Origin: a bacterium
Lineage (GTDB): Bacteria > Margulisbacteria > Marinamargulisbacteria > SXXA01
DNA: 33,730 bases
Assembly: GCA_947502965.1 (NCBI GenBank)
Contig: CANNCG010000002.1
Location: forward strand, 1-33,730
Direction of reading: 5' to 3'
This document shows positions 9,219-17,849 of this stretch, piece after piece. Numbering within the stretch: the first letter of the stretch is position 1; each line of letters starts with the position of its first letter. Below the pieces are notes generated by a model, which was given only the letters and a program-made list of their open reading frames with translations, was not told the origin of the DNA and searched no databases. The position numbers and the translations under genes are program-made.

Positions 9219-10370
9219 TTACAAACGTCTGGATAGCTGGCGATAGGGTGCCGATGGGAAGCTGCTTTCTAGCGTGTGGCCGTAAGTCATGAGAATTCCC
9301 AAGGCCAAGAGCAACATCGTCCAATGGTGATAAGGCCAAAGTGAAACACAAAATAGAGCCAATACAAGACCCTGTTGCCATCGTTTTGGCAATGACACAA
9401 CGGCATAATACGCAGGAATAACAAAGAGGAGAAATGAATAATCTTTGAGCCGTGGGGATAGGATCCCATAGGCGAGTATGCCCATAGAGATTTGAATAAT
9501 AAGCGGGTATTCATGGCGATTTTTCCAGAAAAAAACGGCAAGGCCAGCTGAAAAAAGAAATACAAATAGGACATATAGGCCAAAGGCGGATACGGTGACG
9601 CCATAGGTTGTGAGCCAGGGTATGAGTTCAAACTGCAACCATGCCAGTATCGATGGATTGACATATCCGCTGCTATCCAAGGGCGCTGGTGTAGATAAAA
9701 ATGTCTGATACATCTCTGACATTCCTAGTATTCCGATGCATTGAATGACGATGGCAACGCCAACTCCGGCGCATAAGAAACGCCACTTTTGAGTCGTTTT
9801 TGTCAGAAAAATGAAGCCTAAAAATGCGAGTGGCAGCAATTTGAAAGAACCCGCCAATGCGATAAATAGTGCAAAAAGATAACTGCGGCCCATGACTAAA
9901 AAAAGAAAGCCGAGCCATAGAAGTATGGTTTCGAATGTCGCAATATTACCTGCCAAAATATCGCTGGTGAAGGGTCCCCGGAAGGCAAAAAGTGAAATCA
10001 AAACAAAGGATAGGAGATGCTTTTCTTTTACAAAGAATTTTAAATAGAGCGCAATGAATCCGGTTGCAGTAATGAATTTGATGCAAAGAAAAATGAGCCT
10101 GGCGTGCAAAAATGAAAAGGCGGTTAAAGGCGCGAATACCCATGCCATTTGAGGGGGATATACAAACCTCAAATGGGATTGGTGGCCCTGCCCGGACATG
10201 GTGGATACGATGTGCGAGTCATACCCGTTGAGTCCCATAATCATGGATTTTGCACCATAATAGTAAGAGATAAAGTCATGCTGATGACCGGAATCGAGAC
10301 CCAAGATGGCTTTGGAGACGATGCCACCGGCCAAGAGCAAAAGTAAAAAATAAGGGATATACTTTTTCAT
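9219..10370 (-). CDS. GT87 family (DUF2029) membrane glycosyltransferase
   Basis: HDFISYY, FVYPP, GNI, FKLLP motifs and many TM segments. Start MKKY at 10370 preferred, since the longer ORF start lies inside a MITE. Confidence 0.82.
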   Translation of the reverse strand: MKKYIPYFLLLLLAGGIVSKAILGLDSGHQHDFISYYYGAKSMIMGLNGYDSHIVSTMSGQGHQSHLRFVYPPQMAWVFAPLTAFSFLHARLIFLCIKFITATGFIALYLKFFVKEKHLLSFVLISLFAFRGPFTSDILAGNIATFETILLWLGFLFLVMGRSYLFALFIALAGSFKLLPLAFLGFIFLTKTTQKWRFLCAGVGVAIVIQCIGILGMSEMYQTFLSTPAPLDSSGYVNPSILAWLQFELIPWLTTYGVTVSAFGLYVLFVFLFSAGLAVFFWKNRHEYPLIIQISMGILAYGILSPRLKDYSFLLFVIPAYYAVVSLPKRWQQGLVLALFCVSLWPYHHWTMLLLALGILMTYGHTLESSFPSAPYRQLSRRL

Positions 10371-10408
10371 GAAGAACGGCCTTTTTGTGTCTTGAAATCT
10401 TGATTTAT

Positions 10409-10520
10409 TACCCGTTCCAAAATGAAACCCGGATTTCAAATCGTGACGGGAGCCTATTCTTATGGGTGACCAGAACGATTTGGAAAGGCAGCTGGTCCCT
10501 GTTTCATTTTGGGATGGGTA
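10409..10520 (-). mobile_element. Palindromic MITE-like element, family A, copy 2 (reverse orientation)
   Basis: TACCCGTTCCAAAATGAAAC...GTTTCATTTTGGGATGGGTA; its reverse complement aligns along the full length with the other copies. Confidence 0.87.
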
Positions 10521-10652
10521 TATCTTTTTAACCTAAAATGGGTTTCATAGGCAAGGTATGTCTTGGTTTGGCCGAGATTTTTTTTGCGTTGGAGAGCCAC
10601 TCCCCATTTATTTTGTTTATAGGATATCTTTATGGTACTCTCTGCAAAACTT

Positions 10653-11591
10653 ATGCCGCTACTCAGTCTCGTGATTCCTATCTATAACGAAGAGGACTGT
10701 ATCCCCATTCTTTGGGCAGAGCTTCAGAAAATAACGGCGAATTTTTCTGGGTATTCGATCGAATATGTTTTTGTGGATGATGGGTCCTTGGACCAATCGT
10801 TTTTTCTTTTAGAGAAGATCTCCCAACAGTGTGCCGCTGTAAAAGTGTTGCGTTTTTCCCGTAACTTCGGCCATCAGATTGCAATTACGGCGGGTTTGGA
10901 TTATGCCGCGGGGGATGCTGTTATCGTGATGGATGCTGACCTACAGGATCCTCCAGAGGTGTTGACCCAGATGCTTGCCAAATATGAAGATGGGTATGAT
11001 GTGGTCTATGCCGTTCGACAGAGCCGATCCGGAGAGACGCTTTTTAAGAAAATAACCGCAAAATGCTTCTATAGACTTCTTAATGCGATGTCGGCCATTC
11101 CAATTCCTTTAGATACAGGCGATTTTAGACTGGTGACTAGGCGTGTTGCGGATGCCCTCAAGACGCTAGGCGAGCAGGACCGTTTTGTACGTGGGTTGGT
11201 GAGTTGGGTGGGATTTAAGCAGACCCCTATCTATTTTGAGCGGCATGCGAGACTTGCTGGTGAAACAAAGTATCCTCTCAAGAAAATGATTTCTTTTGCC
11301 CTGAATGGTATCTTGTCCTTTTCAACCCTGCCACTCAAATGGGCCTCTTGGTTGGGCTTTTTCTTTGCTTTTTTTTCTGGGCTTTATATTTTGGTCGTGA
11401 TCGCCTTACGGCTCATGGGCTATACCTTTCCTGGATATGCTTCTTTAATGGTGGCGATGTTGCTCTTGGGCGGGATACAGCTGATGACCATTGGTATTCT
11501 GGGCGAATACATAGGTCGTTTGTATATGGAATCTAAAAAGAGACCTTTGTATATTGTGCAGGATGCGGTGAATGTTGCCCCTCGCGGATAG
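10653..11591 (+). CDS. GT2 polyprenol-phosphate glycosyltransferase (GtrB/YkcC type)
   Basis: VIPIYNEE, VDDGS, FSRNFGHQ.A..AG, MDADLQDPP, DTGDFRL, two C-terminal TM helices, GEYIGRLY.ESK.RPLY. Alternative start at 10632. Confidence 0.93.
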   Translation: MPLLSLVIPIYNEEDCIPILWAELQKITANFSGYSIEYVFVDDGSLDQSFFLLEKISQQCAAVKVLRFSRNFGHQIAITAGLDYAAGDAVIVMDADLQDPPEVLTQMLAKYEDGYDVVYAVRQSRSGETLFKKITAKCFYRLLNAMSAIPIPLDTGDFRLVTRRVADALKTLGEQDRFVRGLVSWVGFKQTPIYFERHARLAGETKYPLKKMISFALNGILSFSTLPLKWASWLGFFFAFFSGLYILVVIALRLMGYTFPGYASLMVAMLLLGGIQLMTIGILGEYIGRLYMESKKRPLYIVQDAVNVAPRG

Positions 11592-12894
11592 TTCCACTAC
11601 GCAGAGGGGTGGTCGGCACTATGCGATTATTGGCGCTGGCGTTGCGGGGTTAGCGGCTGCGTATCGGTTGCTTCAACAAGGTCAGCGGGTGACGGTTTTT
11701 GAAAAAAGTCCCTTTGTCGGGGGGCAGTTGGCAACCACGGTTGTCGGGGGTGTTCCTATCGAACATTATTATCACCATACATTTACGTCGGATGCAGATC
11801 TCTTGATGCTTTGTGAGGAGTTGGGTATCACCGATAAGATGATGTGGCTACCCAGTACCATGGGGTATTTCTCCCAAGGCAAGCTGTATCCCTTCGGGAC
11901 GCCAAAAAGTATTCTTACCTTTCGGCCATTGGGCATTTTTGCCAAAATTGGCTTTGTTTTGTCTACATTGTGGATCACCTTTGTGATGAAACCAGCGTAT
12001 GCTGAAAAGCATACAGTTCATGCGTGGTTTCTCAGATATGGGTTTGGACGTGTGTGGGATATTGTTTGGAAACCGTTATTTCAGCTCAAGTTTGCGGCAG
12101 ACGCGGATCGTATATCGTTGATTTGGCTATGGGGAAAGCTACATACGCGCGGCACCTCACGCAATGGGAGTAAAGAGGTACTTGGCTATATGAAAGGGAG
12201 CTTTGGGGCTTTGGCCTTGGCGCTGAGTCAGGCTATTGAGGGTCTGGGGGGTGAACTAGTGTTGGGTACGGAACTCCGCAGTATCAAAAAAATAAATCAA
12301 GATTTTGTTGTGGAAAGCAGTGCTGGCACTTTTTCTGTAGATGCGGTGATTTCTACACAAGCGGCCAATCAACTCGTCCATAGCTATCCCTGGTCATCCG
12401 AAACAAAGGCCTATCTAAATGGGCTGGAATACAAATCGGCTATCTGTGTCATGGTGATTAGTGACAGTCGGTGGTTTGACCGCTATTGGATCAATATAGG
12501 GGATGAAAACCTGCCTTTTGGGGGGATTGTAGAGCACACAAATTGGGTTCCCGCAGGTGAATATGGTGGGAAGCATGTGATGTATTTGTCCCGTTATTTG
12601 GATGATGATGATTCTCTTTTTACGCAACCAGATACGGCTATTGTGGAGATGTTTTGTAATGGGATTAATGTGATCCTGACAGATTTTGATAGATCTTTGG
12701 TTCAAGAAACACGTGTGTTTAGGCAACGCAATGCGCAACCGGTGGTACCCAAGGGCTATATTGCACCCAGTATGATGACAGAGATTCCAGACTTTTATTG
12801 GATTTCAACGCATCATACGTACCCCTTTGATCGCGGGATTAACTATGCGATTCGTTTGGCGAATCGTCTTGTTGGAGATATTTCTGCGCAGTAA
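11572..12894 (+). CDS. FAD-dependent oxidoreductase (amine oxidase/protoporphyrinogen oxidase-like family)
   Basis: IIGAGVAGLAAAY..VTVFEK..VGG dinucleotide-binding motif, IEHYYHH, GIVEHTN, YPFDRG; overlaps the GT2 gene. Confidence 0.85.
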   Translation: MLPLADSSTTQRGGRHYAIIGAGVAGLAAAYRLLQQGQRVTVFEKSPFVGGQLATTVVGGVPIEHYYHHTFTSDADLLMLCEELGITDKMMWLPSTMGYFSQGKLYPFGTPKSILTFRPLGIFAKIGFVLSTLWITFVMKPAYAEKHTVHAWFLRYGFGRVWDIVWKPLFQLKFAADADRISLIWLWGKLHTRGTSRNGSKEVLGYMKGSFGALALALSQAIEGLGGELVLGTELRSIKKINQDFVVESSAGTFSVDAVISTQAANQLVHSYPWSSETKAYLNGLEYKSAICVMVISDSRWFDRYWINIGDENLPFGGIVEHTNWVPAGEYGGKHVMYLSRYLDDDDSLFTQPDTAIVEMFCNGINVILTDFDRSLVQETRVFRQRNAQPVVPKGYIAPSMMTEIPDFYWISTHHTYPFDRGINYAIRLANRLVGDISAQ

Positions 12895-12898
12895 CCCA

Positions 12899-13822
12899 AT
12901 GATTACCATTCTTGGACCTACTGCAAGTGGGAAAACAGCCCTGGCGGTAGCCTTGGCACGACATTATGGCGTAGAAATCATTTCCGCAGATTCGAGACAA
13001 GTCTATGATCGGCTGTTTCTGGGTGTTGGAAAAGACTTGGATATCTATGAAACAGGGGGGGTGAGCGTTCCGTACCATTTAATAGGCCACGTTTCTCTTG
13101 AGGCACATTACGATTTGTTTTCATTTCAGCAGGATTTTCAAAAAGCAAAAGCGGACATTTTGGCGCGTGGCAAACATCCCTTGATGTGTGGGGGAACCGG
13201 TCTTTATTTGGAAGCTGTTTTGCTGGACTATCAGCTCCGGTCTGTTCCTGAAAATTCAGAGTGGCGAGATCGGGCAGGGGATATGTCGGATGAGGCCTTG
13301 TTGGCGATGTTTTTATCATTGTCGGTACCTCACAATCAGACAGATACAGAAACTCGGACCCGTTTGATACGTGCCATTGAAATTGCAATGGCCACGGGCG
13401 CGACATCTTCCAAGACCTGGAATCCGGAAGATACCATGGTGTTTGGAATAGCATGGGAGCCTGCGTGCCTACGTGAACGTATTCTGTATCGTTTGGACCA
13501 ACGTCTAAAGGCGGGGATGATAGCGGAAGTCTCAGATCTGTTGGCTATCGGCGTTTCTGCGCTGCGTCTGGATCAGCTGGGTTTGGAATATCGTTATTGC
13601 TTGAAATATCTGTCTGGGGAGCTTTCGCTAGAAGACATGCGGCATCTGTTGGGCCGCGAGATTTGTCGGTATGCCAAACGCCAGCGTACCTGGTTTAGAC
13701 GTATGGAAAAACGAGGGGTGCCTATCTTTTGGGTTTCTGGGGAGCTGTCTTTGGAAAAACAAGAACTATATGTCCGTTCCAAAATAAAATCCCCGATGAG
13801 GATATCCGTTCCTCAAGGCTGA
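12899..13822 (+). CDS. miaA: tRNA dimethylallyltransferase
   Basis: GPTASGKT, IISADSRQVY, GGTGLY, LGLEY, YAKRQRTWF. Confidence 0.95.
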   Translation: MITILGPTASGKTALAVALARHYGVEIISADSRQVYDRLFLGVGKDLDIYETGGVSVPYHLIGHVSLEAHYDLFSFQQDFQKAKADILARGKHPLMCGGTGLYLEAVLLDYQLRSVPENSEWRDRAGDMSDEALLAMFLSLSVPHNQTDTETRTRLIRAIEIAMATGATSSKTWNPEDTMVFGIAWEPACLRERILYRLDQRLKAGMIAEVSDLLAIGVSALRLDQLGLEYRYCLKYLSGELSLEDMRHLLGREICRYAKRQRTWFRRMEKRGVPIFWVSGELSLEKQELYVRSKIKSPMRISVPQG

Positions 13823-13857
13823 GATTTCTACGCCGTCTATCCAGAGAAACTAGCATA

Positions 13858-13969
13858 TACCCATTCCAAAAAGAAACATGGAGGGGATGCCTTTCCAAAT
13901 CGTTCTAGTCACATATAAGAATATGCTCCCGTCACGATTTGAAATCTATGTTTCATTTTGGAACGGGTA
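13858..13969 (+). mobile_element. Palindromic MITE-like element, family A, copy 3
   Basis: TA-TACCCATTCCAAAAAGAAAC...GTTTCATTTTGGAACGGGTA-TA. Confidence 0.85.
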
Positions 13970-13980
13970 TAGTCGATTGG

Positions 13981-14002
13981 AATGAAACTCGGATTTCAAA
14001 TC
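13981..14002 (-). repeat. Fragment of a family A element
   Basis: AATGAAACTCGGATTTCAAATC matches 10421-10442 (AATGAAACCCGGATTTCAAATC) at 21 of 22 positions. Confidence 0.7.
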
Positions 14003-14005
14003 TTG

Positions 14006-14144
14006 GTGCTGTCGCAAAAAAAGAAAAAAAACAGGCAAAATCGGATTTTTTTGTGAAAATCCGATAAAAAGCGATAACCCAAGTTCGTCAAAAAACAGTG
14101 ATTTTGAGCCTAATTCACGAAAAAAAATATATTTGGCGACGCAC
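14006..14144. mobile_element. Putative second-family MITE (family B)
   Basis: Imperfect inverted ends GTGCTGTCGCAAAAA...ATTTGGCGACGCAC; A-rich interior with a perfect inverted repeat ATCGGATTTT-N6-AAAATCCGAT (14040-14065). Confidence 0.5.
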
Positions 14145-14150
14145 TCTATG

Positions 14151-14315
14151 TGTTCGGCCTCCCTCAGGTTAGCACGCTAGATACCCTATTTACACGATTC
14201 TTTGGGATGCCGATAGCCACGTTTATTACACGGCTACTCTGGCTGCGTAAAACCAACCAACTCAGGAGTGACTCCGACAGAAGCTGGCCTGTCAGGTAAC
14301 GATTCCTCACGAACA
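14151..14315 (-). ncRNA. Candidate multi-stem structured RNA downstream of topB (family unknown)
   Basis: Closing helix TGTTCG/CGAACA plus three or more hairpins whose non-Watson-Crick positions are G-U pairs on the minus strand only. Confidence 0.35.
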
Positions 14316-14324
14316 ACGCCGTAA

Positions 14325-16424
14325 TTAAAACCCAAACACCACTTTTCCCTCTTTGAGCAACAGAACCGCATCAAAGGGCTTGCCCGCCTTGGACATAAAG
14401 CCCGTCAATTTTTCTGTTTTTCCGGTTTCCAAAAGGGACTTAATAGCGGCTGTATCTAGCTCTTTGCCGGCAATGCTTTTCCAGATCGTAAATGAACACT
14501 GCTTTTCTCGCCAATTGGCACAGCCAAAGGCCTTGGCATTCTCTACAATTCGGCCCTGACATAGCGGACAGTCCCAGGCCTGATCTGCTACCGCCTCAGG
14601 CATGAGAGAAACCGGCTTCAAGGCCGCTACTATTTCCCGCGCAAAGGTGGCTATTTCTTTCATATACGCTTCCCGAGAATAGGTCTTTGCGCGCATCATC
14701 GTGAGCTTGCGTTCCCATTCGCCGGTCATCTCTGGCGACACCAAGGACGGGTTCTGGATACAGTCGATGAGATACATGCCTTTTTCGGTAGGAATGAGAC
14801 GGTTTTTTTGTTTGATGATATAGCCCACGCTCACCAACCGCTCCAGAATCTGTGCCCGGGTGGCAGGGGTCCCCAAACCACAATCTTTCATCGCCTCACG
14901 CAGCTCTTCGTCTTCGACCTGTTTACCCGCTGTTTCCATGGCGGCCAAAATGGAGGCCTCGTTGTGAAGCGATGGCGCTTTTGTTTTTTTGGTCTGCAAT
15001 TCAGGCGGTTTATGACCAATGGCATCCCCTTCTGCCACCTTTGGTAGCAAGCCTTCTGCCTCACCTTTTTCGTCGTCTTTGTCGTCTTCATCTTTGAGAT
15101 AGACCTGACGCCATCCAGGGTGGGTCATGATCACCCCATTGGAACGAAAACGGTCTTCCCCAAATTGGGACAAAATCTCGGTGGTATCTTTCTCACAATC
15201 TGGCAAAAACACAGCAATAAACCGCTTCAATATCAAATCCATGATCACCCGCTCTTCACGGTTGAGCTGCTCCAAACGAATCGGATTTTCTGTGGGAATG
15301 AGGGCATGGTGATCCGTCACTTTCGTGTCATCAAACACCCGTTTGGGATAGGTCAGCGTGCCAATCGCGTTTGCCCATTCTCCATAGGGCGGCATCTGTG
15401 ACAGTGTGGCCAAGCGTTGGGCAATTTGCGGCTTCAAATCCTGAGACAAATACCTGGAAGAGGTCCTCGGATAGGTGAGGATTTTGTGTTTTTCATAGAG
15501 AGACTGGGCCAATTCTAGCGTCTTTTCTGCTGAAAACTTAAACTTTCGATTGGCCTCTTTTTGCAGTTCCGTGAGGTCATAGAGCAGCGGCGGGCTTTCT
15601 TTCTTTTGTTTTTGTACCAAGCTCAAAATCTGGCCAAGAGACACCGCAGTGACCCGAGTACACACTGCCTCGGCGTCTTTTTTGTCCAGCAGTCGGGACT
15701 CTCCAGCCGCATTCAGCCAACGGCCTTCAAAGATCCCATTGGCATGCAAAATGGGCAAGGCGACTTCATAAAACGTTTCAGAAGTAAAATCCCGATTGGC
15801 GATATATCGGTCCACGATCATTTTGAGTACCGGGGTCTGCACACGCCCTACGCTCATAATGCCCTGGTTGTTTTGACCAAAGCGCAGGGTGTATGCACGG
15901 GTAGCGTTAATCCCTATCAGCCAGTCTGCCTCTGAGCGGGAACGGGCGGAGTCATAGAGGGGTTCGTAGTCTTTTCCCGATTTGAGTTTTTCAAAGCCAT
16001 CTCGAATAGCGGCATCGGTTTGAGAGGATATCCACAAACGCTGGATGGGTTTTTTACACCCAGAGATGGCATAGATATAGCGAAAAATGAGCTCCCCTTC
16101 TCGCCCCGCATCCGTCGCACAGATGATTTCCGTGGTGGTTTCTGCGTGAAACAGCTGGCTGATGGTATTGAGCTGCTTTTGCGCCCCATTGTCTAGGGAG
16201 GGTTCGATCTGAAAGGTCTCAGGAATAATAGGGAGCTGTGGGAAAACCCATTTTTTGAACGACGGGTCATAGCGATCGGGATCCACCAAGCGTACCAAAT
16301 GACCAAAAGCCCATGTCACAGCGTAATTTTCGCCGAGAAAATAGCCGTCTTTTCGGTCTGAGAGCTTCAGAACTCTGGCGATATCTTTGGCCACACTGGG
16401 CTTTTCGGTGAGGATGATTTTCAT
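14325..16424 (-). CDS. topB: DNA topoisomerase III
   Basis: TEKPSVA, TWAFGHL, ATDAGREGELIF, RLWISS, SVGRVQTP, catalytic LTYPRT, GLGTPATRA; C-terminal Zn ribbon and GFMSKAGKPF repeat. Confidence 0.96.
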   Translation of the reverse strand: MKIILTEKPSVAKDIARVLKLSDRKDGYFLGENYAVTWAFGHLVRLVDPDRYDPSFKKWVFPQLPIIPETFQIEPSLDNGAQKQLNTISQLFHAETTTEIICATDAGREGELIFRYIYAISGCKKPIQRLWISSQTDAAIRDGFEKLKSGKDYEPLYDSARSRSEADWLIGINATRAYTLRFGQNNQGIMSVGRVQTPVLKMIVDRYIANRDFTSETFYEVALPILHANGIFEGRWLNAAGESRLLDKKDAEAVCTRVTAVSLGQILSLVQKQKKESPPLLYDLTELQKEANRKFKFSAEKTLELAQSLYEKHKILTYPRTSSRYLSQDLKPQIAQRLATLSQMPPYGEWANAIGTLTYPKRVFDDTKVTDHHALIPTENPIRLEQLNREERVIMDLILKRFIAVFLPDCEKDTTEILSQFGEDRFRSNGVIMTHPGWRQVYLKDEDDKDDEKGEAEGLLPKVAEGDAIGHKPPELQTKKTKAPSLHNEASILAAMETAGKQVEDEELREAMKDCGLGTPATRAQILERLVSVGYIIKQKNRLIPTEKGMYLIDCIQNPSLVSPEMTGEWERKLTMMRAKTYSREAYMKEIATFAREIVAALKPVSLMPEAVADQAWDCPLCQGRIVENAKAFGCANWREKQCSFTIWKSIAGKELDTAAIKSLLETGKTEKLTGFMSKAGKPFDAVLLLKEGKVVFGF

Positions 16425-16433
16425 TGAAAATAG

Positions 16434-16462
16434 AGTGTACCCCAAAGCAGAATTTTGACCAA
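16434..16462 (-). promoter_or_regulatory. Putative sigma70 promoter of topB
   Basis: Minus strand TTGGTC-N17-TACACT, ending 9 nt before the ATG; no SD sequence. Confidence 0.5.
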
Positions 16463-16493
16463 GGCTACAGTCAATTATCCCGGTTCCAAAATA

Positions 16494-16605
16494 TACCCAT
16501 CCCAAAATGAAACCGGGAGCGGAAGCCTTTCCAAATCGCTGTGGTCACCTATAAGAATAGGCTCCCGACGCGATTTGAAATCCGGGTTTCATTTTGGAAC
16601 GGGTC
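16494..16605 (+). mobile_element. Palindromic MITE-like element, family A, copy 4
   Basis: TA-TACCCATCCCAAAATGAAAC...GTTTCATTTTGGAACGGGTC-TA, lying between divergent topB and atpB. Confidence 0.87.
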
Positions 16606-16623
16606 TATATTTCAAAAAAATAG

Positions 16624-16652
16624 TTGAAAGCAGCGGTGTATTCCTTTAGACT
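16624..16652 (+). promoter_or_regulatory. Putative sigma70 promoter of the atp operon
   Basis: TTGAAA-N17-TAGACT about 100 nt upstream of atpB. Confidence 0.6.
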
Positions 16653-16756
16653 AGCTTCCCGATTCTTTGTTCCTAATGTTTAAAGATAGGCCGAGTTTAA
16701 GGTATCTTTAGGTAGCTATTTCGCCCCGTATGTGAGATTGAGAGGTTTTCTAAACA

Positions 16757-17461
16757 ATGGTTGCATCGTCAGGTGAGGGGTTTCAGATTCCTCTAGAATT
16801 ATTTGGCGTGGATATTTCCATCACAACTCCCGTAATTGTCATGTGGTGTGTTTCTCTGATCATTTTCTCTTTCCTTATGATCGCAAACCGTCGGCGCTCC
16901 TTTAGGCAGCTGGAAAGCTTTATTTTTAGCTTTGTGTCCGAGTCTTTTGGATCCAATCTTGACACCAAGCGACCCATTTGGTTCTCCTTTTTATTAACTC
17001 TCTTTTTGTTTGTTTTATTGAGCAATTTGACGGGTCTTCTTCCTGGGGCCTCTTCACCCATGGGGGATATCAATGTGACTGCGTCTTTGGCCGTTTTGGT
17101 ATTTGTTATTTCCCAGGTGGCGGGTTTTAGGGCTCATGGTTTTTCGCATGTGACCCATCTGGTCCCTGCCGGTGTTCCGTGGGTGTTGGTTCCTTTTATC
17201 TTTGTCCTGGAAGTGATCAGTCAGTTTGCAAAGCCTTTTTCCCTGGCTATTCGTTTGTTTGCCAATTTATTTGCAGGACACGCGGTTTTGGGGATTTTTC
17301 TTTCACTGGTTGTGATGGCGCCTCATGTGGTGAAGGTTGCGCCCTTTTTTGGTGTGGTGATGTTGTCTTTTTTTGAGATTTTTGTTTCTTTTATTCAGGC
17401 TTTTATCTTTACGTACTTGGCATCGTTCTATATTAGTGACACTGTTAAGGGTGCTCACTAG
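16757..17461 (+). CDS. atpB: F0 ATP synthase subunit a
   Basis: SNLTGLLP, KPFSLAIRLFANLFAGH (essential Arg), FEIFVSFIQAFIF. Confidence 0.95.
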   Translation: MVASSGEGFQIPLELFGVDISITTPVIVMWCVSLIIFSFLMIANRRRSFRQLESFIFSFVSESFGSNLDTKRPIWFSFLLTLFLFVLLSNLTGLLPGASSPMGDINVTASLAVLVFVISQVAGFRAHGFSHVTHLVPAGVPWVLVPFIFVLEVISQFAKPFSLAIRLFANLFAGHAVLGIFLSLVVMAPHVVKVAPFFGVVMLSFFEIFVSFIQAFIFTYLASFYISDTVKGAH

Positions 17462-17500
17462 TTCTTAAATTATAAAAAAACTTTTGTAGGAGGCAGTATT

Positions 17501-17719
17501 ATGGAAGCGTTAGCAGCAGGTATGGCGATTGGTTTGGCAGCTTTAGGGGTTAGTTTTTCATTGGCGATAGTGTATTTCAAGACATTGGATAGCATTGTAC
17601 GTCAGCCTGATTTAATTGCCCCTCTCCGTGTTTTGATGTTTATTGGTTTTGCGTTTATCGAAGCGATAGCTTTGTATGCGTTGGTTGTATCTTTCTCTTT
17701 GATTAGAGCCGCTAGCTAG
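17501..17719 (+). CDS. atpE: F0 ATP synthase subunit c
   Basis: 72-aa hairpin with RQP loop and carrier Glu in FIEAIALY; strong SD AGGAGG. Confidence 0.93.
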   Translation: MEALAAGMAIGLAALGVSFSLAIVYFKTLDSIVRQPDLIAPLRVLMFIGFAFIEAIALYALVVSFSLIRAAS

Positions 17720-17728
17720 TAAGCTTTT

Positions 17729-17777
17729 GGCCTTCGTCGGTTCTCTATTTTTGGGGAAGCGGCGAAGGCTTTTTTTT
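17729..17777 (+). terminator. Hairpin plus U8 downstream of atpE (intra-operon terminator or stabiliser)
   Basis: GGCCTTCGTCG...CGGCGAAGGCT stem extended by TTCTC/GGGAA, followed by a T8 run. Confidence 0.7.
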
Positions 17778-17781
17778 GTGG

Positions 17782-17849
17782 GGGGCTGTTGGAAAATGGT
17801 GTCGATGGGTTTTCTTTTCTGTTTCCCCGTAGCATTTTTCGACAGTCTC
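17782..17849. repeat. Short inverted-repeat element with family B-like ends
   Basis: GGGGCTGTTGGAAAATG...CATTTTTCGACAGTCTC, a 17-bp imperfect inverted repeat. Confidence 0.5.

Noticed and set aside
10371-10439. Extended N-terminus of GT87 from the ORF track
   Set aside because: The TTG start lies inside MITE copy 2; MKKY followed by a TM segment is a more natural start.
16425-16649. Extended topB start (16505) and the 64-aa ORF 16455..16649
   Set aside because: Both derive from MITE copy 4; the corresponding + frame has stops in copies 1 and 3, and TopB homology begins at MKIILTEKPS.
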